From an uncultured Bacillales bacterium (GTDB lineage Bacteria > Bacillota_I > Bacilli_A > RFN20 > CAG-826): a stretch of DNA of 51,339 bases. The stretch is from positions 1 through 51,339 of the forward strand of contig CAMUVS010000006.1 of the NCBI GenBank assembly GCA_947164155.1, in the 5' to 3' direction. Position numbers and translations under genes: made by a program. Every line of letters starts with the position of its first letter. Position 1 is the first letter of the stretch. This document shows, piece by piece, positions 40,746-50,365 of this stretch. The notes beneath the pieces are model-generated. The model was not told the DNA's origin, did no database searches, and was given only the letters and a program-made list of their open reading frames with translations.

Positions 40746-42980
40746 TTATTTTTGTTTTTTCTTCTTAAGGACGAAGAACAACATTAAGGTAAGAGTCACA
40801 GCAGCACCTACGATAATAATAATGTAGAGGTTGCTACCAGCAGCGCTGTCAAATAGAAGCACTGCTAAGCTATTACTATAAGCATTGACAGAAATGTGAT
40901 TAAGTTCACCTAAATATTGAATGGTGTGTCCTAAGTTATAATGTGAATTACCATCAAAGATAGTTGGGTCAATGTTATACCATTCACCAGAACCAATTCT
41001 TTGGAAGTCGTCAGAGTAACATACGATTTGTTGGGCACCTTCAGATAAAGCGTTATATGCGTTTAAGAAAGCCTTAACTTCGTCAGATGTAAGAACGTCA
41101 CAAACGTTGCTTCCAAGTTCTCCGCCTCTAACACTTTCAATATATTGTTTCCAAACAGTGTGTGCAGCATAGGAATCGGATTCATCAACGTGATCAAGGA
41201 TTCTGTGTTCACCATCGGTATTAACGGAGTTACCTGCGTTATAAATAACACCATATTGGTTACCATCACTCTTACAAGTGGAGTTGATATAAATATCAGG
41301 ATAAGTGATATAGTATGTGCCGTTTGTGTTGGTTTGAACTGCAACATCAACGTGATATTCAGGTCTAGCAGCGTAATTCACGGTTAATTCATCAAAGTAA
41401 CAAGCAGACCAATCGGAATAATCATAGTCACAAATCGCTAATTGAATAGTTCTTCCTAAATAAGCTTCTAAGTTGATAACGTGATAGACCATAGCTGTGG
41501 TATTAAATCCACTATCAGCCATATTCCATGTATTTCCAGACATATTGAATGCTTTATTATCAATCCAAGCTAAGTCAGCGGATTGGGTATCGGTGTTCTT
41601 TTGCGTTGCATCAATAACGTGTAAGGAAGCTTTACCAGCCATCTTAATGCTGATAATGCCTGTACCACTTAAAACAAATGGACGAGAAATGAAACGATAT
41701 CTTAAACCATCAGAGGCAACAAAACCACCTTCGCCTAAACCTTGGTACCATCCTCTGAAGAATCCGCCTTCATTATTGAATGGCATTTCTCCATCACCAG
41801 GACGAACTGAGAATGTAGAGATTGCTTGATCGAAATGTTTTTCTGGTCCATAGTCACCATTAAAGAAGTTATGATCGAAATACCAGTGATTTACAAAACT
41901 TTCATTTGTACTGAATGAATCGCTAATGTCACTAACGGTAGCAAAGAACACTTCTTTTTGAGATTCATTTTCAAAATATGTGTTTTGAATTTCTCTTCTT
42001 TTATTAACTTCCCATTCACGAGAATCAGTTGATAAATGATTTAAGAAATATCTCATTGCATCGCTTGTGGAGCTAAGGGTTTGGTTAACGTGAAGATAAC
42101 CAAAGTTAGCGAAGCCGTAGTCCTCAGTTGCAGGATCTACAACTTCAACATACATATCAAAATCGTCAGCTTCAGCAGTTAATTCTGCAAATTTATCATC
42201 AGGGACTTTGAAATAACGTAAAGTCATTGGGTTTTCAACAAATGTGTTGTTATAGAAATCAGCGGAATATGGTCCATAATGGAAAACAAGATGCGTGTGG
42301 CCATTTGGATGTTTATCACCAAAATCTTTAGCAGCACCTAATTGGAAGTAAACATATTGAGTACTTTGTTTCCATGTTCTAGAAGTTAATGTTCCAGTCC
42401 AGCCTTCACCGGTTTCACCGCGATAGAAAGGACTTAATGCTTCAAAGTAATAGTTATCACCCCAGAATCTTGCATCTACACTAGCGATAGAACCAGCAGC
42501 ATCTGTCCAGTTAGTGAAGAATGATGCTCTCATAGGAATATATGTGTCATATCCTGCGGCATAGGAATACCAGCCATCATTATGGACGTAAACTTTTCCG
42601 TTATATCTTTCAACATTAGTCCAAGAATTGATAGGCTCTTGTTGGCTTATCCAGGTTTCACCATCAAGAAGTTGGAATTGCATTACACCAACGCCGTCAT
42701 ATAAATCGGTATATGTACAACTATATAAGTCGTATCCACCATATGATTGTTGCAATTTTGTCATAGTTGATGACTGCCAATTTTCAGCATCACCTTGTAG
42801 CTTGACATTCAACTTAACTGTGTAAGAGCCGACAACTTCAGATGGAACCGCATAATAGACAGTTGTTTCAGTTGCGGCTTCAGTTACTTTAGCTTTTTCT
42901 TGATGTGCGCTAACGGCGACACCAACTCCTAAAACAGCAGTAGCTAAACCCGCGAATAAAATATTTTTAAGTTTTTTCAT
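40746..42980 (-). CDS. Secreted, C-terminally membrane-anchored protein with putative carbohydrate-binding beta domains
   Basis: SD aaggaggg; signal peptide MKKLKN..; aromatic-rich beta domains related to the repeats of 44387-46879; TM plus KKKKQK tail; no catalytic motif recognised. Confidence 0.8.
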   Translation of the reverse strand: MKKLKNILFAGLATAVLGVGVAVSAHQEKAKVTEAATETTVYYAVPSEVVGSYTVKLNVKLQGDAENWQSSTMTKLQQSYGGYDLYSCTYTDLYDGVGVMQFQLLDGETWISQQEPINSWTNVERYNGKVYVHNDGWYSYAAGYDTYIPMRASFFTNWTDAAGSIASVDARFWGDNYYFEALSPFYRGETGEGWTGTLTSRTWKQSTQYVYFQLGAAKDFGDKHPNGHTHLVFHYGPYSADFYNNTFVENPMTLRYFKVPDDKFAELTAEADDFDMYVEVVDPATEDYGFANFGYLHVNQTLSSTSDAMRYFLNHLSTDSREWEVNKRREIQNTYFENESQKEVFFATVSDISDSFSTNESFVNHWYFDHNFFNGDYGPEKHFDQAISTFSVRPGDGEMPFNNEGGFFRGWYQGLGEGGFVASDGLRYRFISRPFVLSGTGIISIKMAGKASLHVIDATQKNTDTQSADLAWIDNKAFNMSGNTWNMADSGFNTTAMVYHVINLEAYLGRTIQLAICDYDYSDWSACYFDELTVNYAARPEYHVDVAVQTNTNGTYYITYPDIYINSTCKSDGNQYGVIYNAGNSVNTDGEHRILDHVDESDSYAAHTVWKQYIESVRGGELGSNVCDVLTSDEVKAFLNAYNALSEGAQQIVCYSDDFQRIGSGEWYNIDPTIFDGNSHYNLGHTIQYLGELNHISVNAYSNSLAVLLFDSAAGSNLYIIIIVGAAVTLTLMLFFVLKKKKQK

Positions 42981-42995
42981 GAGTTTCCCTCCTTG

Positions 42996-43009
42996 TGGAA
43001 ACGTTTCCA
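42996..43009. promoter_or_regulatory. LacI-family/cre-like operator
   Basis: Perfect 14-bp palindrome TGGAAACGTTTCCA with a central CG, lying between a TACAAT -10 (43015-43020, minus strand) and the SD. Confidence 0.8.
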
Positions 43010-43059
43010 TAGATATTGTACATATAATGTACTATACTTTTTGCTTAAAAACAAAGCAT

Positions 43060-44394
43060 TTATTTGTAAAGGCTGAGCCTATTACAACCAGATTCAGTTT
43101 TTAGAGTGAATTTATCACTCTTTTCGCTTGGATAAATTGTATTACTCATTGATAGTCCATTAACAAACACTTCAATTGAGTATTTATCTAAAACAATATA
43201 GATTTTTGTGTGTTCTAACTTTCTATAAGGCATAATTCTTATGCCTTTTTTAGAATATTCGTCGACTTCCGCTCCAGTGATGGTTTCGCCCGATTCACTC
43301 CTATCGAAGTAGATTTTGTCATCTTTTAAATATAATTTAGTGGACTCTTTTGTCCCTTTCCTAAATTCGAAAGAAAAAGTTTTTAAATTTTCGATATCTA
43401 ATTCAATAGTGCCTACGCTTAACTCGCCTTCATATTCTTTTTTAAATGATTCTTCTAATACTTTTTGTCCATAAATGATTGGAGTCTGAAGCATTAAATT
43501 ATCTTCTACATAGACTTTTCTAGGAACAGTTAACATACCAGCAAAACCATATTTAGAACTTGGAATATTTCGATCCCACATATTAAGCCAGGCAATTAAT
43601 ATATGTTCCTTATCCATAATTTGAGGCGCATAAAAATCAAAACCATAGTCTATTAAGGTTTTTTTAGAACTTGGAATAAATTTATAGTCTTTATTAAACG
43701 CCCCTAATTCATATTCACAAGAATGAATATTTAAGCAGTGATTATTATCACTAGGGAAATTTTGTTCACAGTATATTAATAATCCTAAATCTTCATGATA
43801 GTCTGCGCATTCAATCATCTCACCTTCAGATTTATGAGTTAAGACATCACTTACAAATTTCCACTTCTTTAAATCTTGAGATTTATATAGAACAATTGCC
43901 CCTCCATTATTCACTCTTCTAGTGGCCACTAATAAATAGTAAAAGCCATCTTTATAAAAGAGTTTAGGATCTCTAAAATCACAAGGCTTATATTCTTTTG
44001 GCAAATCTTTGCCAGTAATAATTGCTCCGTGTTTAGTGAAATGAACTCCATCTTTAGAAGAGGCTAAACATTGGATTTGTTGTATTTTTTCTGGATCTTC
44101 GTTATTGATAAATCCTGTGTAGACAATATATAAAGTATCGCCCACTACGAGGCTAGTCCCGGAAAAACAGCCATCTTTATCAAATTCATCTCCTGGAGTT
44201 AAAGCATAAGGCAAATACTTCCAGTGTATTAAATCATCACTAACAACATGCCCCCAATGCATTGGTCCCCACTCACAAGAATATGGATGGTGTTGGAAAA
44301 AGACATGGTATTGTCCTAAAAATTTAACAACACCATTAGGGTCATTAATCCAGCCCTTTTCTCCAGTAATATGAAATATCGGTTTATTATTCAT
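43060..44394 (-). CDS. Intracellular GH32 beta-fructofuranosidase / sucrose(-6-P) hydrolase
   Basis: WINDPNG, WGPMHWGH, FSG, FRDP, IEC and DFYAPQ; no signal peptide. Confidence 0.93.
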   Translation of the reverse strand: MNNKPIFHITGEKGWINDPNGVVKFLGQYHVFFQHHPYSCEWGPMHWGHVVSDDLIHWKYLPYALTPGDEFDKDGCFSGTSLVVGDTLYIVYTGFINNEDPEKIQQIQCLASSKDGVHFTKHGAIITGKDLPKEYKPCDFRDPKLFYKDGFYYLLVATRRVNNGGAIVLYKSQDLKKWKFVSDVLTHKSEGEMIECADYHEDLGLLIYCEQNFPSDNNHCLNIHSCEYELGAFNKDYKFIPSSKKTLIDYGFDFYAPQIMDKEHILIAWLNMWDRNIPSSKYGFAGMLTVPRKVYVEDNLMLQTPIIYGQKVLEESFKKEYEGELSVGTIELDIENLKTFSFEFRKGTKESTKLYLKDDKIYFDRSESGETITGAEVDEYSKKGIRIMPYRKLEHTKIYIVLDKYSIEVFVNGLSMSNTIYPSEKSDKFTLKTESGCNRLSLYK

Positions 44395-46879
44395 TTGTGA
44401 CCTTTTCTGCTAAAACGTAATTAGATGGGATATCACTACTAGATTCATAGTAAGTAATAAAATCATCAGCGAATAATAATCCCCAATCATTAGTCGCATT
44501 ATCGACAATTCTAATTTGAATGTGACGACCAATAAATTCGCTTAAATCAACTTTATATTCCGCCATATTAGCCGCGTAGAAGCCGTCTAAAGCTAAATCT
44601 TTTGGATAGCCTTGATAATAATAAGATTTAGTGATTTCTTTAAATCTTTGATTATAAGTAGTCGCTAAAACATCGCCTGTATCCGCATCAACAAATTCGA
44701 TGTGACATACTTCTTTATTTTTACCTCCACCTAAGCGATAAGTGACAAATCCACTTCCGCCTAAAGTAAATGAACTAGAAGTTAATGTACCAACACTTTC
44801 TTCTCCAGTAACCCATCCGTTTAAGAAGTAAGAGCCTTGTTTATTATATAAGAAGCATTCGTGCCACCAAGTATAATCTCTAGAAATCCCTAAAATAGGA
44901 TCTCCGTCTATTACCCAGCCACTCATATCACCAGTTTCAAAGGTGCCATTAGTGACTTGATATTCGGAAACGCTTTCTTTATATGCTAAAGCGTTTGGAT
45001 TTAATAAAGCTGATGAATCAATCGCGCTCATGCTCTCATAATAAGTAATAAAGCTATCAACACACACTAATCCCCAATTACTAGTAGCCTTATCTACGAC
45101 TTGAATTTTCACATCTTTACCTAATAAAGAAGTTAAATCTGCTTTATAGAAGATCATATTCATTAAGTTTTCTCCATGTCCCACTCTTTCGGTTTCATCG
45201 TCAAGATCATTGAACATAAAGTTTGTAAATCTTAATAATTCTTCATTAGTTATAGCGTCAATAATAGAAACATAAACGCTTAATGGGTCTCTTGCGCCTG
45301 ACATTCTAAATGTCATATAGCCCACTCCACCAACTTTAAAGCTACTTGAAGTTAATGTACCTGTACCGGCTTCATTATTTTCTCCAGAGAAGAAATAAGT
45401 ACCACGTTTATTAAATGTTAATCTAGGATTATTCCACCAATAGGATTTAGAAGAAATTACACCGATATCAGTCTCATTAGTGGACTCCAAAGTCCAACCA
45501 GATAAATCACCAGTTTCAAAAGTTCCGTTCACTGGTTGATATTCGTTAATTGGTTCTCTTTCATAAGTCGAAGCAATATCAATCTTGTAATATTCTTTAT
45601 CTTCCCAATATGGTGTATCTAAATAGAATGTTTCAAAACTATCAAAAGTCATACATCCTAATTCATCTAGGCTTGTGTTATTATCAACGATTTCGATATA
45701 TAAACTTTCTCCAACATATTCACCTAAATCAATATAATATTGGACCATATTTAATAGGTGCATCTTCATTGGAATAAATGGGAATTGTTCATTTTTATAT
45801 TGAACGTTAGAAACTTTAGCGACTTCAATAGGCTCTCCCCCATTAACCGCCATAAAGCGGATATAAGTTAAAGCTTGTTCCTGGCAGCCTCCTAACTTAA
45901 AGGAAATAAATCCTTTCCCACCTAATTCAAATATCGATGAGCGGAGAACACCTGTCGCACTTGGTTTATAGTGACCGTAATGATATTTACCGTCTTTATT
46001 ATAGGTAATATATTCGTTCCACCAGCCATTTTCGACGTTTACTCCTTCGTTAGAGAAAGCTTCTCCTTCAACAACTGTCCAGCCACCTAAAGAGCCAATT
46101 TCGAAATCAGGGTTCTTGATATGATATTTATCAATTGCTTCTACATCATCTATATATTCACGCGATTTTGTGTAGTAAGCACCTTCAGTTTGTGCACCTA
46201 CATAACCAACACGAATATCATCAACACTTAAATAGCCATAATAAACATCTTTATCGTTATCAACAATACGAACATAGACTTCTTGATTAGCGTATTCCTC
46301 TAAATCAATCGTATATTCATAGAAATTATCGGTGTTGTAATAGTTATTGTTATATTTACTTGCTTCAACATATTCTGTATGTTGCTTAAAGAATTTATTT
46401 GTTTGTTTAGCAATCATTTGATCGCTAGAGGCTAAATAAACTCCAAAATAACAAATTTCTTGTTCGTTTTTAAGTGGAGAATCATCATATTTATCTTTTC
46501 TAGTGGCCCCACCAGCTAGTTTCACTGTAATTAAACCATCATTATCTAAATAGAAATTATTACTTCTAATAGAGCCCACTCTAGCGTGAGAGTACGCTAA
46601 ATCATAACCTTGACCAGATAAATACCAGTTTCCAGTCTTTTTAATATCGAGTCTATTGTGTTCAGTATCATCATCAAAGGTAAAATAGGTTCTAGAAGAC
46701 ACTGAATCATCAGTGTAGGCATCACCATATTCCACAGTCCATCCACTTAAATCAGAGGTTTCAAATCCTCCGTTTAATACAGAATGGTTAATAACTTTAG
46801 AACTAGACGAGCCACATCCAACTAAAGGAATAGCAAATAAGCTAATAAATAAAGATTTAATATATTTATTCATACTCAT
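44387..46879 (-). CDS. Lipoprotein made of four tandem ~200-aa beta-sandwich-like repeats
   Basis: Lipobox LVGC; four NxxFExxx[L/M]xGW...G.[L/I].S..F...[L/M].G...DL.......VD repeats. Confidence 0.85.
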   Translation of the reverse strand: MSMNKYIKSLFISLFAIPLVGCGSSSSKVINHSVLNGGFETSDLSGWTVEYGDAYTDDSVSSRTYFTFDDDTEHNRLDIKKTGNWYLSGQGYDLAYSHARVGSIRSNNFYLDNDGLITVKLAGGATRKDKYDDSPLKNEQEICYFGVYLASSDQMIAKQTNKFFKQHTEYVEASKYNNNYYNTDNFYEYTIDLEEYANQEVYVRIVDNDKDVYYGYLSVDDIRVGYVGAQTEGAYYTKSREYIDDVEAIDKYHIKNPDFEIGSLGGWTVVEGEAFSNEGVNVENGWWNEYITYNKDGKYHYGHYKPSATGVLRSSIFELGGKGFISFKLGGCQEQALTYIRFMAVNGGEPIEVAKVSNVQYKNEQFPFIPMKMHLLNMVQYYIDLGEYVGESLYIEIVDNNTSLDELGCMTFDSFETFYLDTPYWEDKEYYKIDIASTYEREPINEYQPVNGTFETGDLSGWTLESTNETDIGVISSKSYWWNNPRLTFNKRGTYFFSGENNEAGTGTLTSSSFKVGGVGYMTFRMSGARDPLSVYVSIIDAITNEELLRFTNFMFNDLDDETERVGHGENLMNMIFYKADLTSLLGKDVKIQVVDKATSNWGLVCVDSFITYYESMSAIDSSALLNPNALAYKESVSEYQVTNGTFETGDMSGWVIDGDPILGISRDYTWWHECFLYNKQGSYFLNGWVTGEESVGTLTSSSFTLGGSGFVTYRLGGGKNKEVCHIEFVDADTGDVLATTYNQRFKEITKSYYYQGYPKDLALDGFYAANMAEYKVDLSEFIGRHIQIRIVDNATNDWGLLFADDFITYYESSSDIPSNYVLAEKVTNE

Positions 46880-46885
46880 AGCCTC

Positions 46886-49426
46886 CTAGTTATAATCCGC
46901 TAAATTGCCAACGTTACCGTAATAAGCAGGTTCTACTTCATCTTTAAAGCAGCCTTTCATTTGGGTAACCTTGAATTTAGTAATAGACATATTGCCACCA
47001 TTATCGAATAAGGAAATATAATCACTATCTCCATATTTTGGATAAATACGAGTGGTAATGGTCTCAATATCATTAATGTAAATTTCTAACATTGAACGAT
47101 CGACTAAAATACGAACGTTAAATTCTTTTGTGTCTACTGGTAAATGCCATGTATCAGATGTATCGATATAGTCAATGGTTGTCGATAATAAACGGTCGAC
47201 AAAGACTTTGTCAGTGTTATCTGTATAGGCAGTCTTTTCAAATTTAATGGCCGTTCTTTCTGTACCCATATAGTTATCATTTGGATTATATCTCACGTAA
47301 ATTCCACTAATATAGTTATCTGTTGGATTTAAGGAGAAAGTCGCTTCAATTTGATACATATCGCTTCTCACATTTTTAAGTTCTTCAGCAAGTTCAGAAG
47401 CAGATTTACCACTACCTTCATATTCAAATAAGGTTTCTTTATATAAACTATCAATAGCCTTTACTGGTCTTCTAATAACATCTCTTCCATTTGGGGCTAA
47501 GAAGATTTCTACTGGCATCGCGAAATTATGCGCCCAGCCCGCAATCTTATTTTGATTTGTACCAGCGGATTTTCCTTGGGCAATCGCATAAATCACTGTG
47601 TGCCCATCTTCATAATTTGAGATACCCGCTGCTCTTTCTTCATCAGTTAAATAAGTAAATCCAGTTTGACCAGTCCAAATGCCCTTGCCATGGTCAAATA
47701 ATCTTGGTTTAGGATCATCAGGAATAAATCTACATGTATCTTTATTAAATGTACCAATCCAGTAATATGTATCAACAACATATCCAGAAACTGTATATTG
47801 AGGAGAATCCATAAAGATATATTTAGTCACACTCTTATCTTCAGTAGAAATAGGAAGCATGACGCAACATTCCCAGTGCTTTCCTTGCTCTGGATAATCT
47901 TGATAGCTCACTTCAAAAGTGAAACCTTTATATTCCCAGTTTCTCATATCAGTAGATCTATACATATTAGTAGATCCACCGTGAGATTGATCCCAGTCAG
48001 CAGCAACAGAAGTTGACACCATCATGTAATAATACGGAGCATCATACCAAATAAATGGATCTCTAAATTCTTCTATCTTTCCTTGAGACCAGTCACTTGG
48101 TTGCACCAAAGTATTAACATCTTCAACATACCAATCGGTTAAATATGGATCGGTTGGATCTACAGGATGAACATAACACACTGATTGATGTGAGAATGTT
48201 GATGTTTCTTCATAATCTGCATAGTTAGTTCCAGCAGTGATTGTTAACCAAGGGACCCCGTCTGGTCCAATAACTGAACCACCCGTCCATGCTCCTTCTG
48301 GGCAAGCTGGCTTAGTAGGAGCAACAGCGTCTTTAACATAACGCCAGTGAATCATATCTGGAGAACAAATATGCGCCCATCTAATTTGAGACCAATAAGG
48401 TCCAATTGGGTTATGTTGATAAAAGACGTGATACATACCCTTATAATAAATTGGGGCGTGAGGTTCATTCATCCACACTGCAGGAGGGATCGCATGATAT
48501 TGTGGTCTAAATCTATCTCCATCATAGACACTACTATCAAGTTGAACTTCGCTAAATGGTAAAGTAGGAACTTTGCCGTTAATAGAGTAACGCGAAAATA
48601 AATAATTCATTTGTTTTGGGGTCATAGACTCATGATATATTTCTGCTTCATCCACTAATGCAGAAGGCATTTGTCTAGGAACACCAAATTCGTAAATGGT
48701 AGAACAATAATAACCAAAATATAAAGGTTTCGCACTAGCAACAATCTCTGTATTTTCTAAATCAGGAATTAAAGATTCATAAGCGACTTGACCGTTAAAA
48801 GTTAAACAAATATAACCTTTGTCTCCATCAAAAGTTGCAGAAATATGACTCCATTCATATAAAGGTAAAGCGTTAAGTGGGTCATAATATCCAACGAATA
48901 CTTTTTGACCAGTAGTCTTATTTCTTAAATTCATTTGTAAACCCCATAAACCGAGTCTACCATAGCCAAATAAGAATCCTTCTTCAGCTTCCATATGACC
49001 CCAGTTAAATAGGGAAGTCATTCTTGGATGACCCCGAGCAATAGTCTCGTTACCGTATCTATTTAAATTTTCAAAGCCGCGTGGAGCAACCCAAGTAGAG
49101 AATGTAATTTTATTAGTAGGACCAGTATAATCACTCATTTCAATGCGAGTAGAAAAACCGTCCATATATAACGATTTACCAGAGACACCTTGTTTTTGAA
49201 GTGGATCATTAGGTTTTTTAAATAATGATTCCTCGTTTTCTTTAGCGAAAACATAATCGATATAACGATCTTTTTTCGCTCCTGAGTCTCTTGTGTAACT
49301 ATCTTTAGTGCTTTCAAAAGAGAAACTCACCACCGCAGTAGTTTCTTTATCTACTGCACTAGAACAGCCTCCGAGAGTTAATGAACAAATATAAGCAAAT
49401 AAAGGTAACAAATTTCTTTTTCTCAT
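46886..49426 (-). CDS. GH32 lipoprotein with an N-terminal LamG/ConA-like domain (endo-fructanase or fructanotransferase-like)
   Basis: Lipobox LGGC; LamG pattern (EWSHISATFD...NG..VDE); RPQYH..P..WMNEPH, WTG, FRDP and WEC; GH32C motif ILVDRSMLEIY. Confidence 0.88.
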   Translation of the reverse strand: MRKRNLLPLFAYICSLTLGGCSSAVDKETTAVVSFSFESTKDSYTRDSGAKKDRYIDYVFAKENEESLFKKPNDPLQKQGVSGKSLYMDGFSTRIEMSDYTGPTNKITFSTWVAPRGFENLNRYGNETIARGHPRMTSLFNWGHMEAEEGFLFGYGRLGLWGLQMNLRNKTTGQKVFVGYYDPLNALPLYEWSHISATFDGDKGYICLTFNGQVAYESLIPDLENTEIVASAKPLYFGYYCSTIYEFGVPRQMPSALVDEAEIYHESMTPKQMNYLFSRYSINGKVPTLPFSEVQLDSSVYDGDRFRPQYHAIPPAVWMNEPHAPIYYKGMYHVFYQHNPIGPYWSQIRWAHICSPDMIHWRYVKDAVAPTKPACPEGAWTGGSVIGPDGVPWLTITAGTNYADYEETSTFSHQSVCYVHPVDPTDPYLTDWYVEDVNTLVQPSDWSQGKIEEFRDPFIWYDAPYYYMMVSTSVAADWDQSHGGSTNMYRSTDMRNWEYKGFTFEVSYQDYPEQGKHWECCVMLPISTEDKSVTKYIFMDSPQYTVSGYVVDTYYWIGTFNKDTCRFIPDDPKPRLFDHGKGIWTGQTGFTYLTDEERAAGISNYEDGHTVIYAIAQGKSAGTNQNKIAGWAHNFAMPVEIFLAPNGRDVIRRPVKAIDSLYKETLFEYEGSGKSASELAEELKNVRSDMYQIEATFSLNPTDNYISGIYVRYNPNDNYMGTERTAIKFEKTAYTDNTDKVFVDRLLSTTIDYIDTSDTWHLPVDTKEFNVRILVDRSMLEIYINDIETITTRIYPKYGDSDYISLFDNGGNMSITKFKVTQMKGCFKDEVEPAYYGNVGNLADYN

Positions 49427-49441
49427 ATTTAATTGTCCTTT

Positions 49442-50365
49442 CTACATCTTAAGTCCAGCAGTGCCAAATCCTTTGACGATATATTTCTGCGCTGCGACAT
49501 ATAATATAAATATTGGTAAAGTTGTAATCACTAACGCTGCCATAACTTGACCAGTGGTAATCCCGTCAGAGCTAGTAATAATATTGACCGCGTATTGAAT
49601 TGGATATAACGGCCAACCCGAGGTTCCTCTATTATCCACAACTAAGCTTGGCCACACATAATCGTTCCACACACCAATAAAGGTGAAAACTGCAGTAGTC
49701 GCCACAATTGGTTTAGATAATGGAAGAATTAAATTAAAGAACATTCTTACTCTACCCGCTCCATCAATATGCATTGCTTCTTCATATTCTTTAGGAATCG
49801 AAGAGAAGAACTGGGTATATAAGAAGATATTAAAGACGGAAATAATACTTGGTATCACTATCGCGATTATCGAGAAGAATCCTTTATTTAGATGTAATAA
49901 ATCCTGAACGATAGATAAAAGCGGAATAATACTTGTTTCTACTGGGACAACCATTAAGAAAATAATGATAAAACTAAAGAATCCTTTAGCAGGGAAATGG
50001 AATTTTGCTAATACATATCCCGCTAATCCATTAACTAAGGTATTTAAAACAATAACAACTAAACAATAAATTAAACTATTAATCGCATAAGTCCAAATGT
50101 GGTATCTTTCGCCAAACACCACCGCATAGTTATCGAAAAATACACTTAGATTAGTGAAATCAGGGATAAACATTAAGAAGGTTCCATTAGAGGTTGCAAC
50201 CGCAGCTTCACTCTTAGTGGAAGCGGCAAGCATATATAAAAGAGGAAGAATGAATAATAAAGATAAAGCTGTACCAGTTAGATAATAAATAACTGAATAA
50301 ACAATCTTTTTCTTCGATTTTTTAGAGCGAACAAAATTAGGATCATTAAGATATCTCTTTTTCAT
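49442..50365 (-). CDS. Carbohydrate ABC transporter permease (MalG-like)
   Basis: EAA loop IPKEYEEAMHIDGA; FIGVWNDY.WP; start MKKRY coupled to the upstream stop. Confidence 0.92.
   Translation of the reverse strand: MKKRYLNDPNFVRSKKSKKKIVYSVIYYLTGTALSLLFILPLLYMLAASTKSEAAVATSNGTFLMFIPDFTNLSVFFDNYAVVFGERYHIWTYAINSLIYCLVVIVLNTLVNGLAGYVLAKFHFPAKGFFSFIIIFLMVVPVETSIIPLLSIVQDLLHLNKGFFSIIAIVIPSIISVFNIFLYTQFFSSIPKEYEEAMHIDGAGRVRMFFNLILPLSKPIVATTAVFTFIGVWNDYVWPSLVVDNRGTSGWPLYPIQYAVNIITSSDGITTGQVMAALVITTLPIFILYVAAQKYIVKGFGTAGLKM

Noticed and set aside
42981-43010. Upstream start METFPQGGKL for the surface protein
   Set aside because: It overlaps the operator palindrome and the SD; MKKLKN at 42980 gives a proper signal peptide.
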